NCBI GenBank assembly: GCA_964016885.1
Contig: OZ024741.1
Coordinates: 410,688,001 to 410,752,000 of the forward strand
DNA from: Eledone cirrhosa
Taxonomy: Eukaryota
Reading direction: 5' to 3'
Length of the DNA stretch: 64,000 nucleotides
Below, in pieces: positions 42,227 through 53,300 of the stretch. How positions within the stretch are numbered: the first letter of the stretch is position 1; each line of letters opens with the position of its first letter. Below the pieces are notes generated by a model, which had not been told where the DNA came from, did no database searches, and was given only the letters and a program-made list of their open reading frames with translations. Position numbers and translations under genes: made by a program.

Positions 42227-45200
42227 TTAGGTAACGCGGGTCTTCTCTGTTACTGAGTACCGCCAAATGTCTCAGTCCAGTGACATTGTCTTGGAGAGGT
42301 GTAAGTGTGTGAGGTCGGAATTTATCAGCTCGTCCCAGGTTTTTCTGGGTCTGCTTACTCCGTGGCTACCATCTATCTTTATTGCCCTGCACTTTGTTAT
42401 ACAGCTGTCGTCTTTCATGCGCATCACGTGACCATACCAACGTAGCCTTCTCTCGAGTAAACAACATCTGATCCCTCTTATTTCTAATTTTTTCCTTAGT
42501 TCGTTTATGCTTTGCCGTTCGCGTATATTACTATTACACATCCAGCGGAGCATGCAAGCTTCGTTCCTCTCTAGTCTGCGTATATCCTCTGCACACAATG
42601 CCCAGGTCTCACTGCCATGCAACATTGCTGTTCGTATGCAGGCATCATACAACCTGCCTTTCACTTTTAGGGAGAACCCTTTAGCGGCTAATAGTGGTAT
42701 AAGCTCTCTGAACTTTTTCCATCCAGTTCTGACTCTAGCTACTGTACTTTCGGAGCACCCTCCCCCACTGCTGATTTTGTCACCCAGGTAACGGAAGCTG
42801 TCCACTATTTCTATAGAACCCTCTGCGCAGTTGAAAGAGCTAGTATTTTGTGGGCACTTGCTGCTACTTATTGCACCAGAGCACCGGCCACATGTAAAAT
42901 CTGTGTTCTTAGTTAGCTTACCTGTGATCCCACTACATCTTTTATGCACCCATACTTTGCATTTGGGACATAAAATGGAGTTTCTACCTACGCCTTTCCT
43001 ACACACTGAGCATGGCCATTTCCCGGAAGGGACCGGCGCCTTATTTTCTTTCCTACAAACTAGAACTTTAGTCTTAGCCATGTTAATTTTAAGGCCTTTT
43101 GATTCTAGGCCGTGCTTCCATGTTTGGAATTTCTTCTCTAGCTCGGCCATTGATTCAGCTATGAGCGTTAGGTCATCTGCGTATAGGAGTTCCCATGGGC
43201 AGCCGGTCTTGAACTCCTCTGTTATAGCCTGAAGAGCAATAATGAATAGTAGGGGGCTAAGAACAGAGCCCTGATGGACACCAACTTTTACGCTAAACTC
43301 TTCACTATATTCGTTGTTAATTCTAACCTTGCTCACTGTTTCTTTATACATGGCTTGTATAGCTCTCACAAGCCATTCGTCAACACCTAGTTTTCTAAGA
43401 GCCCACCAGATAATGGAACGGGGGACTCTGTCGAAGGCTTTCTCCAAGTCGACAAAGGCTAAGTATAGGGGTTTACTTTTAGCTAGGTACTTCTCCTGTA
43501 GTTGTCGTACAATGAAAAGAGCGTCTGTGGTACTTTTGCCTGACACAAACCCGAACTGCATTTCATCTAGATCGATTCTCTCTCTGATTAGTTGCACTAT
43601 TACTTTTTCCGTGACCTTCATGACCTGGTCGATTAATTTAATCCCTCTATAGTTACTCCTATCTAGGGCGTCTCCTTTACCCTTGTAACAGTTAATGATG
43701 ATGCTGCTACGCCAGTCCTTCGGAACAACCCCATTCTGTATGACTTGGTTTACTATCCGGGTGACCATGGTGTGTCCCACCGTTCCAGAGGCCTTCAGCA
43801 TCTCAGCGACTATTTCCGAAGGCCCAGCCGCCTTAACCGTCTTCATATCTTTGATCGCCTTACTTATTATACTACCTTCAACTAACACTGCTGGTCCCTC
43901 TATTGGATCGATCTGGGGGAGACTATCCTTCTCCCATTTATTCTCCTCATTTAGTAGCCTCTCGTAGTGACACTTCCAAGCGACCTTCTTATCAGCGTCA
44001 GTGATGGCGAGTACGCCATCATCATTTAGTACACACTTCTCCCCAACAATATCACGGTTTTCCTTGACACATTGCCTAGCAATCCTGAACACCTCACGTT
44101 TTTGGTCCTCGCGTTGTAGAACATGCTTGAACTTTCTTTCCTCTGCTTCCCTTCTTGCAAAGTACACTTGTCTCCTAGCTTCCCTCCTGGCCACTTGATA
44201 GTCTTCTCTACTTCCCCCATCCCGCCATATTTTCCAAGCCTGCTTTTTGGCCTTAATCGACTCCTCCACCTTACTGTTCCACCACCATGTTACTCTCCTC
44301 CTGCCTATAGGCCTGCTCCGGCCACAGACTTCGTCTGCCGCCATCAGCAGGTTTGCTTTCAGGAATTCCCACTGTCCCTCTATATTGTCCGACTCTAAAT
44401 GCTCTTCCTTACTGTCGAAAGCGTCAAGTAATATGCTTTGAAATTTATTTCTGGCTGTGGGGTCCTTTAGCTTCCATATTTTTCTCCTGAGGATAGTCCT
44501 CTTCTGCTGTCGAGTACGTCTCGTCCTGACTATGAGGTCGCTAATTATCAGTCTATGTTGGGAGGTGCATTCTTCATGGGGGAGGGATTTAGTGTTTACA
44601 ACAGTCACTCTGTCACGTCTTCTGGTAAGGATATAATCTACCTAGCTGGTATGTTCCCCTGATCTGTAGGTGATCAAGTGATTGTCTCGTTTTTTGAAGT
44701 TAGTGTTACAGATTGTTAGGTTATTTGCGTCACAGAATTCCAGGATTCTGGAGCCTTCCTCATTTCTAGTACCAAACCCATAGCCTCCATGGATTTCATC
44801 ATAGCCGTCACAATGTTGTCCAACGTGACCATTTAGGTCGCCAGCAATAATTATATAGTCACTGTCGGTTATTTGGGAGGTAGTGAGCATCAGTGTCTCA
44901 TAGAAAGTGTCTTTTATAGTGCTAGGCAGTCCGGATTGGGGCACGTACGCAGATATTATCGTCACAGTAGTTCTATTTAGAACAAGTCTTATTTTAATTA
45001 TTCTGTCGTTTACTCTATTTACATCTATTATCTTATCCACCCATTTTTCTGCTAACATGATTCCTACCCCACCCAGCCCATTGTCATTTCCCACCCAGAA
45101 AAGCTTATAGCATCGGTTTTTTTTTACCCACAATGAATCTAGCAGACCCGCCCTCCACCTGGTCTCTTGGATGCAGCAGACATCAACCTCCTTACGTTCA

Positions 45201-45397
45201 AGCATTTCTACAACCTCGTTTGAGCGGCCTTTTAAGGTCCCTACATTCATGGTACCAACTCTGAAGTTTTGGATTGCGTTTGGTGGGTGGGGTGCAGGGA
45301 GGGGTGTGGTTGATGGGGTTGGGGTTATGTTGGCCATCCGTGGCCGCAACAAAGAGGGTGGGGCTTTGCCCTTTCGTCCGGCAGCAAGCGACCTCAA
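42227..45397 (-). pseudogene. Disrupted RTE polyprotein (APE-RT-PHD-thumb), about 1,040-1,050 codons
   Basis: Track ORFs 44642..45397 and 42272..44608 are in the same frame, separated by an in-frame TAG at 44642-44644 (HTS*VDYIL; expected SQVDY). A second premature TGA at 42272-42274 (LD*DIWRYSVTEKTRVT) precedes the probable true TAA at 42227-42229. A pair of compensating frameshifts lies near 45117-45155. The first in-frame ATG is at 45337. Confidence 0.9.
42881..43012 (-). other. C4HC3 (PHD-like) zinc finger inside the RTE protein, just after the RT core
   Basis: CSVCRKGVGRNSILCPKCKVWVHKRCSGITGKLTKNTDFTCGRC gives C-x2-C-x10-C-x2-C-x4-H-x2-C-x14-C-x2-C, the PHD ligand spacing. Confidence 0.8.
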
Positions 45398-46019
45398 TAT
45401 GTGGGGCGGATGAAAAGTTCATAGGCTGACCAAGATACTCTCATGGAATGTCCAAATGAGGTTTAAATAAACAATGCAGATAATAATGAGAAAAGATGAA
45501 ATTAATGCATGTAAGATTTCACAGCTCTAGCATCACTCCTTCATAGTTCACCTAGATATCACAACTCTAGCATCACTCCTTCATAGTCTGCTTAGATTTC
45601 ACAGCTCTAGCATCACTCCTTCATAGTCCGCCTAGATTTCACAGCTCTAGCATCACTCCTTCATAGTCCGCCTAGATTTCACAGCTCTAGCATCACTCCT
45701 TCATAGTCTGCTTAGATTTCACAGCTCTAGCATCACTCCTTCATAGTCTATCTAGATTTCACAGCTCTAGCATCATTCCTTCATAATCTGCCTAGATTTC
45801 ACAGCTCCAGCATCACTCCTTCATAGTCTGCTTAGTTTTCACAGCTCTAGCATCACTCCTTCCTAGTTCACCTAGATTTCACAGCTCTAGCATCACTCCT
45901 TCATAGTCCGCCTAGATTTCACAGCTCTAGCATCATTCCTTCATAATCTGCCTAGATTTCACAGCTCCAGCATCACTCCTTCATAGTCCGCCTAAGAACT
46001 TTTCAGCTGACCCTCAATA
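45398..46019. mobile_element. Tc1/mariner-like non-autonomous element (MITE) with 31-bp imperfect TIRs
   Basis: Left TIR 45400-45430 is TGTGGGGCGGATGAAAAGTTCATAGGCTGAC. The reverse complement of 45986-46016 is TGAGGGTCAGCTGAAAAGTTCTTAGGCGGAC, 25/31 identical. TA lies directly left (45398-45399) and ATATA on the right. There is no transposase ORF. Confidence 0.75.
45514..45993. repeat. 40-bp minisatellite, 12 copies (AGATTTCACAGCTCTAGCATCACTCCTTCATAGTCCGCCT)
   Basis: Exact 40-bp period over 480 bp, with substitutions only, concentrated in the GTCCGCCT/GTCTGCTT/GTTCACCT segment. Confidence 0.97.
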
Positions 46020-46110
46020 TACCTAGAATCAGGTCTAACATCAAAGATAGAATAGAAGGGTTGAAGTTTGATCAGAACATTTCCAATGACAAAAGCAGTG
46101 AAGTATTTAC

Positions 46111-46202
46111 CTGTATTTTCCAGTGCACACCTGAACTCCCCTTAAACCAGCAGCCTGAGCTCCACCAATATCATTGACAATATCATCTCCTATCATCACA
46201 AC
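46111..46202 (-). CDS. LHPP: Single internal coding exon (92 nt, phase 0 to 2) of a HAD-IIA phosphatase, most like LHPP (phospholysine phosphohistidine inorganic pyrophosphate phosphatase)
   Basis: Minus strand: ...ATTATTTTGTGTTTAG|GTTGTGATG...AAATACAG|GTAAAT. It translates to VVMIGDDIVNDIGGAQAAGLRGVQVCTGKY(R), containing HAD motif IV GDxxxxD and TGK. As I recall the sequences, it is closer to LHPP (AVMIGDDIVGDVGGAQRCGMRALQVRTGKFR) than to HDHD2 (MIGDDCRDDVGGAQ), and matches the length and phase of the penultimate LHPP exon. Confidence 0.88.
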
Positions 46203-46236
46203 CTAAACACAAAATAATATTACATATCAGAAAAAT

Positions 46237-46468
46237 AAAGCACCCAGTACACACTGTAAAGTGGTTGTGTCGGAGTCATGACAAAAAGCACCTAGTACAC
46301 TCTGTAAATATGGTTGGTGTTAGGAAGGACATCCAGATGTAGAAACCCAGCCAGAAGCAGTTCTGTATGAGCAAGAAACGGTCACATGACCCGACTTGCC
46401 TCTAATGGGACAACCCGTCGAACCCATGCTAGCATGGAAAATGGACGTTAAACAGTGATGATGATGAT
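46237..46468 (+). mobile_element. 5'-truncated RTE 3' end, or RTE-mobilised SINE tail
   Basis: Colinear with the reverse complement of 41847-~42070: CTGTAAA..TGGTTGGTGTTAGGAAGG.CATCCA..TGTAGAAA, GAGCAAGA, CTTGCCTC, AACCCATGCTAGCATGGAA, GGACGTTAAAC and a (TGA)n tail. Confidence 0.85.
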
Positions 46469-46930
46469 CAGATAAATGAATATCATTTTATTATCAATGA
46501 AGGATATTCAGCTGTTTGATAAACATAAATTACCTCTCCTTTATATTGTAAGGCAGAGGTCTCCACCATTCCATGATACAGACCCCAAATATTACTGAGA
46601 GCCTTATTAAGAACCCTTAAATTTGATAATAGAAAGAATATATTTTTATAAAATGTTTTATTTTCCTAGCTTTAGAATGTCAAAGAACTACCAAATTTTA
46701 CTGACAAACCCTGCAGGAACCTCTTCTTTATAGACCCTTAAAATATTTTAATGAATCCTTTGAATTCATATGGAGACAGCTGGGTAGAGGACAGAGAATT
46801 TCATTTGTTCCCTTTAACTGAGTGGGTTTTTGTCTGGAATAACTGTCCACTGTCCACCTAGACAGGTCAGAGACACTATGTCATGCTTGTACATTGAACT
46901 CTACACATGGATACATTTATCATGTAGTCA

Positions 46931-47243
46931 TTCTACAGCTGGTGGCTCTTCCTTTCACCAACCAATTTTACAGAGTGTACTGGGTACATTTTAAGATGGT
47001 ACCAGCAGTAGAAAGGTTGCTATGTTCGTAACAGATCTAAAGGCGCCTCACAAATCTACGTTGTCCCCATTCGGTAGCCAACCACACTACACAGTGTACT
47101 GGGTGTATTTTTTTGTGGCACTAGTACTAAAGAGGTGGTCATGTCTTCTTCCAAGGTAAAGTGATTGGTATTTCGAGATAATCATAGGACCCCTTTTCAG
47201 GCTATGCTTTACATGTGGATGCCCTTTCATGTGTCAACACATT
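46931..47243 (-). mobile_element. Two to three old degenerate fragments of the same RTE/SINE 3' motif
   Basis: TTCTACAGCTGGTGGCTCTTCCTTTCACCAACCAATTTTACAGAGTGTACTGGGT (46931-46985), CCAACCACACTACACAGTGTACTGGGTG (~47078-47105) and GGATGCCCTTTC (~47217-47228) resemble 41958-42003 and the reverse complement of 46241-46345. Confidence 0.6.
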
Positions 47244-47258
47244 TAGTTCCATTTTAGG

Positions 47259-47298
47259 ACACACAGGCATGCAATGTACCTATTGTAAACCAGATTTA
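47259..47298 (+). repeat. Isolated diverged satellite-B monomer ahead of the array
   Basis: ACACACAGGCATGCAATGTACCTATTGTAAACCAGATTTA versus consensus CACAGGGATACAGTGTACCTATTGTAAACCAGATATA. About 44 bp of unique DNA separates it from the array. Confidence 0.85.
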
Positions 47299-47342
47299 TG
47301 GCGAGATACCATTTCTTTTAGACATCTCTTATGACAGCAGAG

Positions 47343-50300
47343 ACACAGGGATACAGTGTACCTATTGTAAACCAGATATACACAGGGATACAGTGTACCT
47401 ATTGTAAACCTGATATACACAGGGATACAGTGTACCTATTGTAAACCAGATATACACAGGGATACAGTGTACCTATTATAAACCAGATATACACTGGGAT
47501 ACAGTGTACCTATTGTAAACCTGATATACACAGGGATAGAGTGTACCTATTGTAAACTAGATATACACTGGGATACAGTGTACTTATTGTAAACCAGATA
47601 CACCACAGGGATACAGTGTACCTATTGAAAACCAGATATACACAGGGATACAGTGTACCTATTGTAAACCAGATATACACAGGGATACAGTGTACCTATT
47701 GTAAACCAGATATACACAGGGATACAGTGTACCTATTGTAAACTAGATATACATTGGGATACAGTGTACCTATTGTAAACCAGATGTACACTGGGATACA
47801 GTGTACCTATTGTAAACCAGATATACACAGGGATACAGTGTACCTATTGTAAACCAGATACACAGGGATACAGTGTACCTATTGTAAACCAGATATACCC
47901 AGGGATACAGTGTACCTATTATAAACCAGATATACACAGGGATACAGTGTACCTATCGTAAACCAGATACACAGGGATATGGTGTACCTAGTGTAACCAG
48001 ATATACACAGGGATATAGTGTACCTATTGTAAACCAGATATATACAGGGATACAGTGTACCTATTGTAAACCAGATATACACAGGGATACAGTGTACCTA
48101 ATGTAAACCTGATATACAGGGATACAGTGTACCTATTGTAAACCAGATATATACAGGGATACAGTGTACCTATTGTAAACCAGATACACACAGGGATAGT
48201 GTACCTATTGTAAACTAGATACACAGGGATACAGTGTACCTATTGTAAACCAGATATACACTGGGATACAGTGTACTTATTGTAAACCAGATACACGACA
48301 GGGATACAGTGTACCTGTTGTAAACCAGATATACACAGGGATACAGTGTACCTATTGTAAACCAGATATACACAGGGATACAGTGTACCTATTGTAAACC
48401 AGATATACCCAGGGATACAGTGTACCTATTGTAAACCTTACATACACAGGGATACAGTGAACCTATTGTAAACCAGATACACACTGGGATACAGTGTACC
48501 TATTGTAAAACAGATATACAAAGGGATAGTGTACCTATTATAAACTAGATATAGACTGGGATACAGTGTACCTATTGTTAACCAGATACACAGGGATACA
48601 GTGTACCTATTGTAAACCCGATATACACTGGGATACAGTGTACCTGCTCTAAATCAGGTACACAGGGATACAGTGTACCTATTGAAAACCAGATACACAC
48701 AGCGATACAGTGTACCTATTGTAAACCTTACATACACAAGGATACAGTGTACCTATTGTAAACCTGATATACCACAGGGATACAGTGTACCTATTGTAAA
48801 CCTTACATACACAGGGATACAGTGTACCTATTGTAAACCAGCTATACACAGGGATACAGTGTACTTATTGTAAACCTGATATACACAGGGATACAGTGTA
48901 CCTATTGTAAACCAGATATACACAGGGATACAGTGTACCTATTGAAAACCAGATATACACAGGGATACAGTGTACCTATTGTAAACCAGATATACACAGG
49001 GATACAGTGTACCTATTGTAAACCAGATATACACAGGGATACAGTGTACCTATTGTAAACTAGATATACACTGGGATACAGTGTACCTATTGTAAACCAG
49101 ATATACACAGGGATACAGTGTACCTATTATAAACCAGATATACACAGGGATACAGTGTACCTATTGTAAACCAGATATACACAGGGATACAGTGTACCTA
49201 TTATAAACCAGATATACACTGGGATACAGTGTACCTATTGTAAACCTGATATACACAGGGATACAGTGTACCTATTGTAAACTAGATATACACTGGGATA
49301 CAGTGTACTTATTGTAAACCAGATACACCACAGGGATACAGTGTACCTATTGAAAACAAGATATACACAGGGATACAGTGTACCTATTGTAAACCAGATA
49401 TACACAGGGATACAGTGTACCTATTATAAACCAGATATACACTGGGATACAGTGTACCTATTGTAAACCTGATATACACAGGGATACAGTGTACCTATTG
49501 TAAACTAGATATACACTGGGATACAGTGTACTTATTGTAAACCAGATACACCACAGGGATACAGTGTACCTATTGAAAACCAGATATACACAGGGATACA
49601 GTGTACCTATTGTAAACCAGATATACACAGGGATACAGTGTACCTATTGTAAACCAGATATACACAGGGATACAGTGTACCTATTGTAAACTAGATATAC
49701 ACTGGGATACAGTGTACCTATTGTAAACCAGATATACACTGGGATACAGTGTACCTATTGTAAACCAGATACACAGGGATACAGTGTACCTATTGTAAAC
49801 CAGATATACCCAGGGATAGTGTACCTATTATAAACCAGATATACACAGGGATACAGTGTACCTATCGTAAACCAGATACACAGGGATATGGTGTACCTAG
49901 TGTAAACCAGATATACACAGGGATATAGTGTACCTATTGTAAACCAGATATATACAGGGATACAGTGTACCTATTGTAAACCAGATATACACAGGGATAC
50001 AGTGTACCTAATGTAAACCTGATATACAGGGATACAGTGTACCTATTGTAAACCAGACATACACAGGGATACAGTGTACCTATTGTAAACCAGATATACC
50101 ACAGGGATACAGTGTACCTATTGTAAACCTTACATACACAGGGATACAGTGTACCTATTGTAAACCAGCTATACACAGGGATACAGTGTACCTATTGTAA
50201 ACCAGATATACACAGGGATACAGTGTACTTATTGTAAACCTGATATACACAGGGATACAGTGTACCTATTGTAAACCAGATATACACAGGGATACAGTGT

Positions 50301-53300
50301 ACCTATTGAAAACCAGATATACACAGGGATACAGTGTACCTATTGTAAACCAGATATACACAGGGATACAGTGTACCTATTGTAAACCAGATATACACAG
50401 GGATACAGTGTACCTATTGTAAACTAGATATACACTGGGATACAGTGTACCTATTGTAAACCAGATATACACAGGGATACAGTGTACCTATTATAAACCA
50501 GATATACACAGGGATAGAGTGTACCTATTGTAAACCAGATATACACAGGGATACAGTGTACCTATTATAAACCAGATATACACTGGGATACAGTGTACCT
50601 ATTGTAAACCTGATATACACAGGGATACAGTGAACCTATTGTAAACCAGATACACACTGGGATACAGTGTACCTATTGTAAAACAGATATACACAGGGAT
50701 ACAGTGTACCTAATGTAAACCTGATATACAGGGATACAGTGTACCTATTGTAAACCAGATATATACAGGGATACAGTGTACCTATTGTAAACCAGATACA
50801 CACAGGGATAGTGTACCTATTGTAAACTAGATACACAGGGATACAGTGTACCTATTGTAAACCAGATATACACTGGGATACAGTGTACTTATTGTAAACC
50901 AGATACACGACAGGGATACAGTGTACCTGTTGTAAACCAGATATACACAGGGATACAGTGTACCTATTGTAAACCAGATATACACAGGGATACAGTGTAC
51001 CTATTGTAAACCAGATATACCCAGGGATACAGTGTACCTATTGTAAACCTTACATACACAGGGATACAGTGAACCTATTGTAAACCAGATACACACTGGG
51101 ATACAGTGTACCTATTGTAAAACAGATATACAAAGGGATAGTGTACCTATTATAAACTAGATATAGACTGGGATACAGTGTACCTATTGTTAACCAGATA
51201 CACAGGGATACAGTGTACCTATTGTAAACCCGATATACACTGGGATACAGTGTACCTGCTCTAAATCAGGTACACAGGGATACAGTGTACCTATTGAAAA
51301 CCAGATACACACAGCGATACAGTGTACCTATTGTAAACCTTACATACACAAGGATACAGTGTACCTATTGTAAACCTGATATACCACAGGGATACAGTGT
51401 ACCTATTGTAAACCTTACATACACAGGGATACAGTGTACCTATTGTAAACCAGCTATACACAGGGATACAGTGTACTTATTGTAAACCTGATATACACAG
51501 GGATACAGTGTACCTATTGTAAACCAGATATACACAGGGATACAGTGTACCTATTGAAAACCAGATATACACAGGGATACAGTGTACCTATTGTAAACCA
51601 GATATACACAGGGATACAGTGTACCTATTGTAAACCAGATATACACAGGGATACAGTGTACCTATTGTAAACTAGATATACACTGGGATACAGTGTACCT
51701 ATTGTAAACCAGATATACACAGGGATACAGTGTACCTATTATAAACCAGATATACACAGGGATACAGTGTACCTATTGTAAACCAGATATACACAGGGAT
51801 ACAGTGTACCTATTATAAACCAGATATACACTGGGATACAGTGTACCTATTGTAAACCTGATATACACAGGGATACAGTGTACCTATTGTAAACTAGATA
51901 TACACTGGGATACAGTGTACTTATTGTAAACCAGATACACCACAGGGATACAGTGTACCTATTGAAAACAAGATATACACAGGGATACAGTGTACCTATT
52001 GTAAACCAGATATACACAGGGATACAGTGTACCTATTATAAACCAGATATACACTGGGATACAGTGTACCTATTGTAAACCTGATATACACAGGGATACA
52101 GTGTACCTATTGTAAACTAGATATACACTGGGATACAGTGTACTTATTGTAAACCAGATACACCACAGGGATACAGTGTACCTATTGAAAACCAGATATA
52201 CACAGGGATACAGTGTACCTATTGTAAACCAGATATACACAGGGATACAGTGTACCTATTGTAAACCAGATATACACAGGGATACAGTGTACCTATTGTA
52301 AACTAGATATACACTGGGATACAGTGTACCTATTGTAAACCAGATATACACTGGGATACAGTGTACCTATTGTAAACCAGATACACAGGGATACAGTGTA
52401 CCTATTGTAAACCAGATATACCCAGGGATAGTGTACCTATTATAAACCAGATATACACAGGGATACAGTGTACCTATCGTAAACCAGATACACAGGGATA
52501 TGGTGTACCTAGTGTAAACCAGATATACACAGGGATATAGTGTACCTATTGTAAACCAGATATATACAGGGATACAGTGTACCTATTGTAAACCAGATAT
52601 ACACAGGGATACAGTGTACCTAATGTAAACCTGATATACAGGGATACAGTGTACCTATTGTAAACCAGACATACACAGGGATACAGTGTACCTATTGTAA
52701 ACCAGATATACCACAGGGATACAGTGTACCTATTGTAAACCTTACATACACAGGGATACAGTGTACCTATTGTAAACCAGCTATACACAGGGATACAGTG
52801 TACCTATTGTAAACCAGATATACACAGGGATACAGTGTACTTATTGTAAACCTGATATACACAGGGATACAGTGTACCTATTGTAAACCAGATATACACA
52901 GGGATACAGTGTACCTATTGAAAACCAGATATACACAGGGATACAGTGTACCTATTGTAAACCAGATATACACAGGGATACAGTGTACCTATTGTAAACC
53001 AGATATACACAGGGATACAGTGTACCTATTGTAAACTAGATATACACTGGGATACAGTGTACCTATTGTAAACCAGATATACACAGGGATACAGTGTACC
53101 TATTATAAACCAGATATACACAGGGATAGAGTGTACCTATTGTAAACCAGATATACACAGGGATAGAGTGTACCTATTATAAACCAGATATACACTGGGA
53201 TACAGTGTACCTATTGTAAACCTGATATACACAGGGATACAGTGTACCTATTGTAAACTAGATATACACTGGGATACAGTGTACTTATTGTAAACCAGAT

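Larger units (their letters stand above)
41847..45397 (-). mobile_element. RTE-clade non-LTR retrotransposon (LINE), near full length and inactivated
   Basis: One reading frame encodes an APE endonuclease (GTMNVGTL, CIQETRW, ISAYVP, AGDLNGH, DYIL) followed by RT (QFGF, FVDLEKAFD, GVHQGSVLSP, YADD at 43172-43183, FRYLG) and the RTE-type C-terminus (RRLRWYGHVMR, RPRKTW). A 3' UTR ends in ...GGACGTTAAAC(GAT)3GA. The 5' boundary is approximate and abuts a mariner-like TIR. No TSD was found. Confidence 0.95.

Noticed and set aside
41966-45422. Plus-strand and alternate-frame ORFs overlapping the LINE
   Set aside because: They are antisense or shadow frames of the RTE ORF with no recognisable motifs.
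45514-45993. 40-bp array as a LINE 5'-UTR promoter monomer array
   Set aside because: It is enclosed by mariner-like TIRs and overlaps one of them, so it belongs to the MITE.
41847-46468. One 4.6-kb TIR/DIRS-like element defined by the inverted ends
   Set aside because: The ends are clearly diverged LINE 3' tails with microsatellites, there is no TSD, transposase or tyrosine recombinase, and a host exon lies inside. Independent insertions explain it better.
46534-46620. Minus-strand open stretch ending in GAG|GTAATT (…KALSNIWGLYHGMVETSALQYKGE) as the preceding LHPP exon
   Set aside because: It lacks the GKP motif III and any HAD similarity, and its acceptor is weak; at most it is a cryptic exon.
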